This document shows positions 47,099 to 55,165 of a stretch of DNA of 64,000 bases, piece after piece. The stretch is from Christensenellaceae bacterium (GTDB lineage Bacteria; Bacillota; Clostridia; Christensenellales; Borkfalkiaceae): assembly GCA_045599205.1 (NCBI GenBank), contig JAZRVM010000015.1, forward strand, positions 24,742 through 88,741, written 5' to 3'. The first letter of the stretch is position 1; every line of letters starts with the position of its first letter. Under the pieces are notes generated by a model. That model saw only the letters and a list, made by a program, of their open reading frames with translations, was not told where the DNA came from and did no database searches. The translations under genes and the position numbers were made by a program.

Positions 47099-47670
47099 TA
47101 AAACCATCTCCTTTCTTTGGTCGTGGAGTTTTTCGGCGGAATTAAAGACGTAACGGCGTCGGAGTATCTTTTTCTAAACGTAAGACTTTCGCTGAAAGCG
47201 TGTCTTGTCAGGTACACTTCCGCAACGACGCCGAGTGCCAAAACTTCGGCGGTTATTTTTTGTTCGCTGAAATCGATATTGTCAAAAAGTCCACAGTTCG
47301 ACGGAACAAAAGCGTAAACGATTTTCGCAGGAAATTCCTTTAAGACAATTTGAGTCGTGTTCGACGTGTACTTTACTTCTTCGCCCTTGTCGTTATAAAC
47401 GCCGAAAATCTTTATAAGTCTTTCGCCCAACTCGGTATAAGTTATTTTCTCTTTTTCGATTTGTTCTTCCTTTATCATCGGCACGAAAGAAGTTGCAAGT
47501 TCGGAAATAACGACGTTAGCGCATCTCGTATAAGTGTCGATAAGCGAAAGCGTGGAATTATCTGATGCGTCGCTAATATCGTTCGTGTCGGTTACTTCAT
47601 TTAGATAAGCAATAACTTCTTCATCTCCGAGATAGGTTGCTGAAATCTTTATAATATCTTTTATGGTCAT
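47098..47670 (-). CDS. phage-block protein (head completion/adaptor-like by position)
   Basis: 190-aa ORF immediately after the capsid gene hairpin, with SD AAGGGGAAACT before the ATG. No family recognised. Confidence 0.7.
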   Translation of the reverse strand: MTIKDIIKISATYLGDEEVIAYLNEVTDTNDISDASDNSTLSLIDTYTRCANVVISELATSFVPMIKEEQIEKEKITYTELGERLIKIFGVYNDKGEEVKYTSNTTQIVLKEFPAKIVYAFVPSNCGLFDNIDFSEQKITAEVLALGVVAEVYLTRHAFSESLTFRKRYSDAVTSLIPPKNSTTKERRWF

Positions 47671-47679
47671 AGTTTCCCC

Positions 47680-47714
47680 TTAAAAATACGGGGGCGTCGA
47701 AATTAAACGCCCCC
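47680..47714 (-). terminator. GC-rich hairpin plus U-tract directly after the capsid gene (partial terminator)
   Basis: On the minus strand: GGGGGCGT TTAATTTCG ACGCCCCC, then GTATTTTTAA. Arms are at 47690-47697 and 47707-47714. Confidence 0.65.
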
Positions 47715-47746
47715 ATACCCTAAATTATTTTTTTGTTTTTATACTT

Positions 47747-48922
47747 TTACGCTTCGGTAATTCCCGTCAAAACGCCTTGACCACATGGTCTACTGCAAAT
47801 AATGTCGGCATATTTTACAAGAGTTGCCGTGTAAACAGGTTTACCTGCTACTTGCTTTAATACCTTACCGTCGTCGCCTTCAAGCCATTGCCAGTCGCAA
47901 AGTTGGTGCATAGCAAAGTCGTTCGTGTTAAGAAGGTACATTGTTCCGTCAGGACAGAATCTGTCTGCAACGACAGGGATACCGTTATAACTTAACGCTT
48001 TGTATCCGCCTTCCAAATCCATAGTGTCAACGAAACGTTTGTTTTGGCTGAACAAGTTTTGCAAAGCACGTCTTACACCCCAAGAACAAACGATAAAGTT
48101 AGTGTTAGAGCCACTTTGTTCTTCAATAGCGTCGAGTGCCTTTTGAATCTTTGCTTCGGTAATACTGCCTATACTCGTACCGATATACGGAACAAGCCAA
48201 GGGTGAGTTGATTTACTTAACCCGTAGATAGTACCCGTTGACGAAAAGATTGCACCGAGTCCGGTTATTTCGTTATTATACGAACCTTGAACGGTTGCGA
48301 TAACACCTGACGTGATATCTGTTGAAGTGAGCGTTGTACCGCTTACCGTAACCGTTTTATTCGTTCTGTCAACGGCTAAAACCTTTCTTCCCGTTGCACC
48401 GGTAATTGCCGTTCCGTCAGACGCTCTGAAATCAATCAACATACCTTCGATAAAGTTTTTTACCGAGTCGAAAGTAATAACGCCGTTTGAAATAGAAGCA
48501 ACCGTGCCGAGTTTACCCGTACCGTCGCCGTAAAGCATTCTGCCGAAGTTAAAAGAACTTGCTTTAAGCAAGCCTTCCATTTCGGAATTGAGTAAACTTA
48601 CAAAAGCCCCCGAATTGTTTTCCGACGCTCTGATTGCCTTGTCGGAAATTTCTATCGTGCCGTAAAGGTTTTTAAGCGGTAAAACGAATTGTTCGTAGCT
48701 GTTGCCCGTAGCGTCAGGGAGCGAACCGTCTTCCGTACCCGCACCGACGCCACCGTTCATACCGTAAATAGCAAGTTTTCTTACTTCCTTGCCCCATACG
48801 TCGTCAGACGTTTGTTTTATCATCGATAAAAGCGGGTTTGCGTTTTTGTTGAGTTGTTCGGCGACAACGTCAAGATAATATGATTTAAGCGCCTTGTCTG
48901 CGCTCGTTAATGTTATTGCCAT
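47747..48922 (-). CDS. phage major capsid protein (probable HK97 fold)
   Basis: 391 aa, positioned after the scaffold-like gene. The N-terminus MAITLTSADKALKSYYLDVVAEQLNKNANPLLSMI and overall style resemble annotated phage major capsid proteins (from memory). SD is AAGGAAG. Confidence 0.7.
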   Translation of the reverse strand: MAITLTSADKALKSYYLDVVAEQLNKNANPLLSMIKQTSDDVWGKEVRKLAIYGMNGGVGAGTEDGSLPDATGNSYEQFVLPLKNLYGTIEISDKAIRASENNSGAFVSLLNSEMEGLLKASSFNFGRMLYGDGTGKLGTVASISNGVITFDSVKNFIEGMLIDFRASDGTAITGATGRKVLAVDRTNKTVTVSGTTLTSTDITSGVIATVQGSYNNEITGLGAIFSSTGTIYGLSKSTHPWLVPYIGTSIGSITEAKIQKALDAIEEQSGSNTNFIVCSWGVRRALQNLFSQNKRFVDTMDLEGGYKALSYNGIPVVADRFCPDGTMYLLNTNDFAMHQLCDWQWLEGDDGKVLKQVAGKPVYTATLVKYADIICSRPCGQGVLTGITEA

Positions 48923-48942
48923 AAATTACTTCCTTATATTTT

Positions 48943-49461
48943 CTATTTGGACAAAAACATTGCCTTGACGAGATTTCCCGCCTCGGTAATGCTTTTCGGC
49001 TTGTCCGTCGGAGCTTTCACGCCAACCCCGACGCCGTCCATAATCACAGCCTTTTGTTTGTTCGACAAAACTTCCTTTAAGTACTCTTTCAAAATCTCGT
49101 CTTTGTTTTGCGACGCAATTTCTTCTTGGGTTTTACTTAAATTGTTTTCATCTTCTCCCAAAGATACGTTAGGAGCGGTTTCAGTTGTCGCTTGGGTAAA
49201 ATCGGTAACGTTTTCCTTCGACGTACCGTCGTTTACACCGATAAGCGATTGATTCGCTTTATCTAAATTTATCTTCCCCTCCAACTCTTTTAGTCGCTGA
49301 CTGCGTTTGGTAAATTCAGCTTCTAAACTGTTGTACGCATTAAGTAGGGCGTTAACGTCCTTAAACTTACCTAATGAGAGCAAGCCCTCTTTTTCGCCCA
49401 AAACCTTCTCTGCCTCCGCAGTTTGCGATACGGGCTTGTTTTGTTCTTCGTTTTCGTTCAT
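48943..49461 (-). CDS. phage scaffolding-like protein
   Basis: 172 aa, acidic and helical/coiled-coil, between the portal and capsid genes. Strong SD GGGAGG. Confidence 0.6.
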   Translation of the reverse strand: MNENEEQNKPVSQTAEAEKVLGEKEGLLSLGKFKDVNALLNAYNSLEAEFTKRSQRLKELEGKINLDKANQSLIGVNDGTSKENVTDFTQATTETAPNVSLGEDENNLSKTQEEIASQNKDEILKEYLKEVLSNKQKAVIMDGVGVGVKAPTDKPKSITEAGNLVKAMFLSK

Positions 49462-49479
49462 GTTTTTCCTCCCGATATT

Positions 49480-51336
49480 TTATTTACTTACACTTTCTTC
49501 AAGTTTGTTAAGTTTTTCTTTATGCTCTTTTACGTGAGAAAAGAGCCTTGTTTTTTCTTCTTCCGTCAACTCGGCGTATTCACTTAAAATATACCTTACG
49601 TGTTCGTCAACGTGTATTTTATGATTATCGATTTCTTCAACCTGCAAGCCGTTTTTCCGTATCGTCATATTTTCCGACTGTGCCTTTTCTTCGTGAAGTC
49701 TTGACAACCCTTTTTGATAATCCAAATCGTTATAACCGAGAAGGGATAATACCTTTTCTTTGGTTGCAGGGTGCAAATTTCCGTCTTCGGCATTTAACAA
49801 CCCGCTATTATAAAGTTTGAGTATCATTTCCTTTTTTTGGCTCGGCGTATAGATAAGTTCGTTTTCGCTTTCAAGGTAAACGTCGTCGTTACGACAAACG
49901 CTTTTGTCGATATAACCTATTTTGGTTTTGTTCGAGTTATCCTGATATTTAATAAGTTTTATTCCGCTTAAAAATTGACAATAAAGGTGAAGAACCTTTT
50001 TCGATACACCCAAAAAACAGTTTCTTATATTGTCCGCAACGATGGTCATTCTTTCGTTATCTTGGTCAACTAAAAGCGAAAGCGCACTACCACTTGAAAG
50101 CCTTGCGTTTTCGTTCGACGACGAAACGTCGCTTACACCGCTTATTTGCACGAATTCGGCGAGTAATTTATTTTCTTCCTCGTCAAAGTCGGGCGGAATG
50201 GTACCGTTAGCCATCATTTCGGGAACTTTCGCCCCCTGTCTATACACCAAAACCTTCCCCGGTGATAGACCGTCGGTCGATAAATCTTCTACGTCAACCG
50301 ACCCGTCTTCGACGGTTAAAATTCCGCTCGTAAGCCTATTCATAAATTCCTGTTTCCTATTCTTAACGGCGTTAAAAGCACGTTGAACGGGAATAAGCCT
50401 TTCGATAATGCTTGTCCCGAAAAAATTTCCCGGCAGTACTACCGACTTTTGCATAACGAAAGGCAAGAATCTTTTATTATCGTTGCCGTAATAATACGGA
50501 AGGTCGCCGTAGTATAAAAGTTTTCCGCCACAGACGGTAATCAATCTTCCGAGCGGATACTCCTTCGACGGCATCTCGTATTTTTCTATCACGATTTGAG
50601 AATTAACAAGCGTCGATTCGGTTTTTTTCTCCTTTAACTCGTTTTGCTTTGAAAAAGAGTAAACGTCGTATTCTTCCCCTACAAGCGAAACGCCGTATTT
50701 TTCTTTTATCGTTTCGACGTCAAGTATTTGTGCGTGAATAATGCTCTTGCAATTTTCAACGTCGTCACAATAAAGATTATCGGGAAAAACTTCGTAAGGA
50801 GAAACGGGAACAATCTTTACGTCGCCTTCGTAAACGTTTTTACCGTCTACGTCCCCCACAAGTTCGCCACCCATATTGTTCCATACGATTTTGTAAAAAC
50901 CCGTACCGCACGTTTCACTCCACGCAGTAACCTTTTTTACCACTTCGGTAAAGCCGTTACGCTTAAAACTTTCCGCAATAAGTCTTTCGGCAAGCGATGC
51001 ACTTGCAACGTCAACGTCGTCGTCGGAAGCAGGTCTTACGGAAACTTTCGGTGTTACTCTCGAAAATTTTGCCGACCTTGTTTCCATAATCGGCGCAATA
51101 TGATTGAATACCATATTTTTTTGCCAAAAAAATTCTTTGTCGGTCGGCATAATTTCTCCGCTATTCGACAGATAACAATACTGATTTCCGTTAAGAAAAT
51201 TCATATTGAGTTCCCATTGTCTATCAAGCGTTTTGCGCTTGTTTCGTCTTGCTTCGAAATCCGCCGTAACTTCGTTAATAAGTTCGTTTACGTAACGCTC
51301 CCGTTCTACGTCTTGTTTTTTTCTATTTTTTTCCAC
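49480..51336 (-). CDS. phage portal protein
   Basis: About 618-638 aa, directly after the terminase region. The N-terminal RRNKRKTLDRQWELNMNFLNGNQYCY segment is portal-like. The track start (51396) is a TTG. GTG at 51334-51336 lies 6 nt after AGGAG and overlaps the upstream ORF by 14 nt, so I prefer it. The start remains uncertain. Confidence 0.7.
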   Translation of the reverse strand: MEKNRKKQDVERERYVNELINEVTADFEARRNKRKTLDRQWELNMNFLNGNQYCYLSNSGEIMPTDKEFFWQKNMVFNHIAPIMETRSAKFSRVTPKVSVRPASDDDVDVASASLAERLIAESFKRNGFTEVVKKVTAWSETCGTGFYKIVWNNMGGELVGDVDGKNVYEGDVKIVPVSPYEVFPDNLYCDDVENCKSIIHAQILDVETIKEKYGVSLVGEEYDVYSFSKQNELKEKKTESTLVNSQIVIEKYEMPSKEYPLGRLITVCGGKLLYYGDLPYYYGNDNKRFLPFVMQKSVVLPGNFFGTSIIERLIPVQRAFNAVKNRKQEFMNRLTSGILTVEDGSVDVEDLSTDGLSPGKVLVYRQGAKVPEMMANGTIPPDFDEEENKLLAEFVQISGVSDVSSSNENARLSSGSALSLLVDQDNERMTIVADNIRNCFLGVSKKVLHLYCQFLSGIKLIKYQDNSNKTKIGYIDKSVCRNDDVYLESENELIYTPSQKKEMILKLYNSGLLNAEDGNLHPATKEKVLSLLGYNDLDYQKGLSRLHEEKAQSENMTIRKNGLQVEEIDNHKIHVDEHVRYILSEYAELTEEEKTRLFSHVKEHKEKLNKLEESVSK

Positions 51337-51637
51337 TTTTTTCTCCTTCACGTTCTTCCCACAACTCGTCAAGTAAACGCTTCCTTTCAAATTCAAGTTC
51401 TTCGTCGGTATATTCCGACAAAGGCGTTTCGACGTCTTCGTCTATCAACATTTTAAGTGCCGACAGGTCGGGTGGAACGTTTTTTACAGTTACTTTTTTC
51501 TTATTCAGTTTTATTTCTCCGCCATCATCACTCGAATACTCCTCAACCGTTTCGACGGTATCAAAGCCAAGTGCCTTTTTTACGATTGCCTGTTTTAACT
51601 TTTCGGGATTAACCCCGTTAACCGTTTCTTCGTTCAT
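51323..51637 (-). CDS. small acidic phage-block protein (possible truncated small-terminase-like protein)
   Basis: 104 aa, overlapping the TerL stop by 20 nt. The segment KKALGFDTVETVEEYSSDDGGEIKLNKKKVTVKNVPPDLSALKML weakly recalls the C-terminal half of some small terminases (from memory). No N-terminal HTH is visible. Confidence 0.5.
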   Translation of the reverse strand: MNEETVNGVNPEKLKQAIVKKALGFDTVETVEEYSSDDGGEIKLNKKKVTVKNVPPDLSALKMLIDEDVETPLSEYTDEELEFERKRLLDELWEEREGEKSGKK

Positions 51638-53063
51638 AAAGTATCTTTTTTATTAGTCGCTCCTTGTCTTTTTGGACAGCAGTCTTAACGGATTTTATCT
51701 CGTTTCGGTGCGGTCTTGTCATAAGATAATAGCGAAGTTCGTCGAGTGCGTGATCGTCGATTTTTTTAGGATTATCGCCAACTCCCCACCTATAACTTTT
51801 AAGCTCCCGTATTAAATTCACGCAGGACTTAAAAATGTATAAATCGGGTTTGCCGTTTTTCTTGTTAAGATATTCCTTTACTCTTTCTATCCCCGAAAAA
51901 ATTTCCTTGTTGACGTTTGGGTTTACGGCTATGCCGTTTTCGAAAAACAGTTCGGTAACCGAACGCATACCGCCCAAAGTTTTTTGGTTCGCAGCGCTGT
52001 CGATAAGTGCTTCGATTTTCCCGTCGTATCTTCTTTTCCACTTTAATTCGTCGCTGATGCGTTTTATATCGTTTGAGTGATGCTCGATATCTTGTTGCGC
52101 CAAAAAATGCTCCGCAACGACGTAAACGTTGTCGTCGTAATCAACTGCGTACCAGTGGCACGAAAGAGGATTATTAAGCCCCGGGTCTATGGACAAACAG
52201 TCCTGCCACTCGGGCGGGACGTCAAACGGCTCGATAACGTGAACGTTCTCGTCAAACTCCGGATAAACAAGTCCGAAGTCGCTTCTAAACCGTCCGTACT
52301 TTCTGCTTTCAAGTTGGTCGTCTGATAAACTGCGAGATAAAACGTTTATCTCGTCTTTATCGAGATACGGGTTGTCGTCCCAGTTCATAAACTCATACCA
52401 CACTTCGGGATTGTTTCCTTTATTTAGGTATATTTCGTCGTACACGTAAGTAAGTCCTTTAAGCGGAGTCATCGTGCCGAAAATATCGCCACGCTTATCA
52501 ATAACACGCATTAAACATTCTTCATAAATATCTTTCGGCGGTTCTTCGTCAAACCACACGAAATCAAGTGAACTGCCTTGAAATTTTTCTCTGCCCTGAT
52601 CGCATGACTTAAAACCGATAACCGATTTCCCACCGAAAACGTTTTTAATTACGATTTGGTCTATGACGCCGTACGATAAACTGTCCTTTTTGCCCGACAG
52701 CATCGTTACGTCTAATATCCACTCGGGATTAAGATACGAAAGTATTTTTGCCTGTGCGACGTCTCTTTGAACTTGCGTCGAAAGGGAAACAACCCAGCCG
52801 AACGTGTCCTTTCGGTTTTGTCGGTATGGGTGAATCCCACGAGAAATATAAACCGTTTCGACAGCCCCGCACTCGGTCTTTCCGCTTCGATTTCCACCGA
52901 AGACCCAACGGTTTCGCTTTTGGCACTTATGAAATTCAAGTTGCTTTTTATGTATCTTTTCGCCCGTGTTGTACTCGGAAAGCTTGCTCGGCGCACTTCG
53001 TCTGTTTTTTTCGTCGATTATTTCAAGTAATCTCGTTACTCTTTTTTTGTCTTCGCTAATCAT
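51618..53063 (-). CDS. phage terminase large subunit
   Basis: 481 aa: Walker A FGGNRSGKTE, Walker B/catalytic LDFVWFDEEP, and a C-terminal RNaseH-like nuclease part (SIDPG..., IDSAANQ, DDHALDELRY). Confidence 0.85.
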   Translation of the reverse strand: MISEDKKRVTRLLEIIDEKNRRSAPSKLSEYNTGEKIHKKQLEFHKCQKRNRWVFGGNRSGKTECGAVETVYISRGIHPYRQNRKDTFGWVVSLSTQVQRDVAQAKILSYLNPEWILDVTMLSGKKDSLSYGVIDQIVIKNVFGGKSVIGFKSCDQGREKFQGSSLDFVWFDEEPPKDIYEECLMRVIDKRGDIFGTMTPLKGLTYVYDEIYLNKGNNPEVWYEFMNWDDNPYLDKDEINVLSRSLSDDQLESRKYGRFRSDFGLVYPEFDENVHVIEPFDVPPEWQDCLSIDPGLNNPLSCHWYAVDYDDNVYVVAEHFLAQQDIEHHSNDIKRISDELKWKRRYDGKIEALIDSAANQKTLGGMRSVTELFFENGIAVNPNVNKEIFSGIERVKEYLNKKNGKPDLYIFKSCVNLIRELKSYRWGVGDNPKKIDDHALDELRYYLMTRPHRNEIKSVKTAVQKDKERLIKKILYERRNG

Positions 53064-53070
53064 CGCAGTG

Positions 53071-53112
53071 ATTATATGTATCTTTTTTATAAATGGAATA
53101 CGTAAATGACAA
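53071..53112 (-). promoter_or_regulatory. promoter region of the phage-derived block
   Basis: On the minus strand: TTGTCA (53107-53112), 17 nt, TAAAAA (53084-53089). There is also a perfect TATAAT (53071-53076) only 7 nt upstream of the TerL ATG. No Shine-Dalgarno sequence is visible. Confidence 0.5.
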
Positions 53113-53130
53113 GAGAAAGAAAATTTTTTT

Positions 53131-53163
53131 AAAACAAAAAAAGCGACGGGATTTCCATCGCTT
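53131..53163 (-). terminator. intrinsic terminator after ppiB
   Basis: On the minus strand: AGCGATGG AAAT CCCGTCGCT followed by TTTTTTTGTTTT. Confidence 0.75.
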
Positions 53164-53180
53164 TAAGTTGATTTTCTTTG

Positions 53181-53696
53181 TTAAGCTTTATCGGGTTCGC
53201 CGTATTCCTCGCCGAAAGTATCGACAGTCATTACTTTTATCTTCATATCCTTTATCGGTCTGTCGGAATAATCGGTGTCGGTATTTGCAATATAGTCAAG
53301 CGTATCAAACCCGTCGATAAGTTTTCCAAAGCCTGCATATTCCCCATCGAGATACGGTGCGTCTTCGTGCATAATGAAAAATTGCGAACCGCCGGAATTC
53401 GGGTGCATTGCCCTTGCCATAGATAAAACGCCACGAACGTGCTTTAAGTCGTTTTTAAAATGATTTGAGTTAAACTCTCCCTTAATCGTGTAACTGGGGC
53501 CACCCATACCGTTTCCGTCAGGGCAACCGCCTTGAATCATAAACCCGCTTATTACCCTATGAAAAATAAGCCCGTTATAAAAACCTTTGTTGATTAAAGA
53601 TATAAAATTTTTAACCGTATTCGGGGCAATTTCGGGATATAATTCGGCAGTCATAACCTTGCCGTCTTCCATTTCGATTTTAACTTGTGGATTCAT
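53181..53696 (-). CDS. ppiB: cyclophilin-type peptidyl-prolyl cis-trans isomerase
   Basis: 171 aa: FHRVISGFMIQGGCP, GVLSMARA, GSQFFI. Confidence 0.9.
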   Translation of the reverse strand: MNPQVKIEMEDGKVMTAELYPEIAPNTVKNFISLINKGFYNGLIFHRVISGFMIQGGCPDGNGMGGPSYTIKGEFNSNHFKNDLKHVRGVLSMARAMHPNSGGSQFFIMHEDAPYLDGEYAGFGKLIDGFDTLDYIANTDTDYSDRPIKDMKIKVMTVDTFGEEYGEPDKA

Positions 53697-53772
53697 ACTT
53701 TTCTCCTTTAATTATATTGTATCACTTTTATAAATTGCTATCAAGAATAAACGCAAAAAAAATAAAAAAACC

Positions 53773-53800
53773 TTGAAATGATTTTTATTCGTGCTATAAT
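53773..53800 (+). promoter_or_regulatory. sigma-A-type promoter for the glycoside hydrolase gene
   Basis: TTGAAA (53773-53778), 16-nt spacer, TATAAT (53795-53800). Confidence 0.55.
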
Positions 53801-53830
53801 AATGTCAAGCTGATAAAAAAGGAAAAGAAT

Positions 53831-55156
53831 ATGATTACTGTTGATTTTAGTAAAAACGTTGGAAAAATCAAACCCATGCACGCCGTCAATAACGGACCTA
53901 TGAAAAAAAGCGTTAGAAGCGTGTCGAATTTCGAACTTTTCCGTGATTCCGGCATCCCGTTCGTCAGAACGCACGACTCGGCTTTTTGTGAGTCTTACGG
54001 TTTTGAATTTACCGTTGACGTTCACAGGATTTTTACCGACTTTGATGCCGACGAAAATGACCCAAACAGTTACGATTTCGAGTGTACCGACAATTATATT
54101 GCTACGATTATCGAAAGCGGAAGCGAAGTTTTTTATAGGCTCGGTTCTAATATCGAACACGGCAAAAAGAAAGGGACCTATCCCCCGAAAGATTACCTTA
54201 AATGGGCAATGATTTGCGAACACATAATACTTCATTATAATAACGGTTGGAAAGACGGATTTAACTACGGTATAAAATACTGGGAAATATGGAACGAACC
54301 CGACTGCAAAAACGGCGACGGAAGTCAACCGTGTTGGCAAGGCACGATGGAAGAATTCGGCGAGTTTTTCTCCGTCAGCGCAAAATACTTAAAGGAAAAA
54401 TTTCCAGACCTTAAAATCGGTGGTCCGGCGTTTTGTTATATGGGCGAAGGGCTAAACGGAATTACGAACGACGTTAAAATTATTCTCGATATTATGAAGA
54501 AAAACGACGTTAAACTCGACTTCGTTTCATATCACGGATACTGGAACGACGTTGAAGGGTTTAAGCGTTATAACGACGGCGCAATCGAGATTTTCAATAG
54601 TTACGGTTATGAAAAAGCCGAAAAGATTTTGGACGAGTGGAATTACGTTCAAGGTTGGAACGGCGACAAATGGATTTACACTCTTAAAAGCATTCAAGGG
54701 CAAAAAGGGGCGTCTTACCAAACGGCGATTATGTGCGTCGGACAAAAAAGTAAGGTCGATATGCTTATGTATTACGACGCAAGGTTATTTTGCACGATGA
54801 ACGGACTATTCAATCAGTTTTTGGAACCGCTTGCGGGGTATTACGCCATTAAGGCTTTTGACGAAATTTATAAACTTAAAAACTGTGCCCTATCAACCGA
54901 CGAAAATTACGTTTACTCGGTTGCGGGCTTTGATGATAATAATAAGCAAATTCTTTTAACTTGTTTTAATAACAACGAGAGTTTTACCCCAAAAAATGTC
55001 GAACTTAACCTTTTGGGCGTCGGCGATAAGGACATGGCGGAAATATATTTTCTTGACAACAATAACGGATTTGAGTTACGTGCAAGAAAAAAAATTAAAA
55101 ATCTTAAAATTAAACTCAAAAATTACGATATCGTTAAAATTAAAATCGTGAAATAA
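53831..55156 (+). CDS. clan GH-A glycoside hydrolase (GH39-like)
   Basis: 441 aa: IKPMHAVNNGP near the N-terminus and the YWEIWNEPD acid/base motif typical of GH39-like (beta/alpha)8 hydrolases. The family-level call is unverified. Confidence 0.6.
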   Translation: MITVDFSKNVGKIKPMHAVNNGPMKKSVRSVSNFELFRDSGIPFVRTHDSAFCESYGFEFTVDVHRIFTDFDADENDPNSYDFECTDNYIATIIESGSEVFYRLGSNIEHGKKKGTYPPKDYLKWAMICEHIILHYNNGWKDGFNYGIKYWEIWNEPDCKNGDGSQPCWQGTMEEFGEFFSVSAKYLKEKFPDLKIGGPAFCYMGEGLNGITNDVKIILDIMKKNDVKLDFVSYHGYWNDVEGFKRYNDGAIEIFNSYGYEKAEKILDEWNYVQGWNGDKWIYTLKSIQGQKGASYQTAIMCVGQKSKVDMLMYYDARLFCTMNGLFNQFLEPLAGYYAIKAFDEIYKLKNCALSTDENYVYSVAGFDDNNKQILLTCFNNNESFTPKNVELNLLGVGDKDMAEIYFLDNNNGFELRARKKIKNLKIKLKNYDIVKIKIVK

Positions 55157-55165
55157 AATTCAATT

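Larger units (their letters stand above)
44934..53112 (-). mobile_element. phage-derived head-and-plug structural gene block (no integrase, regulation, replication, tail or lysis genes); cryptic or domesticated, GTA-like candidate
   Basis: Eight co-directional, tightly packed or overlapping intact ORFs: TerL, a small acidic protein, portal-size, scaffold-like, capsid-like, then 190, 403 and 301 aa. The block is bounded by its own promoter region (53071-53112) and terminator (44934-44960), with ppiB and ispG as immediate neighbours. Confidence 0.7.

Noticed and set aside
44883-53180. att-type direct repeats or an integrase flanking the phage-derived block
   Set aside because: I compared the two flanks by eye. 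The only resemblance is the generic A-run/GC-stem/T-run of two unrelated terminators. No recombinase-like ORF is present in any frame between ispG and ppiB.
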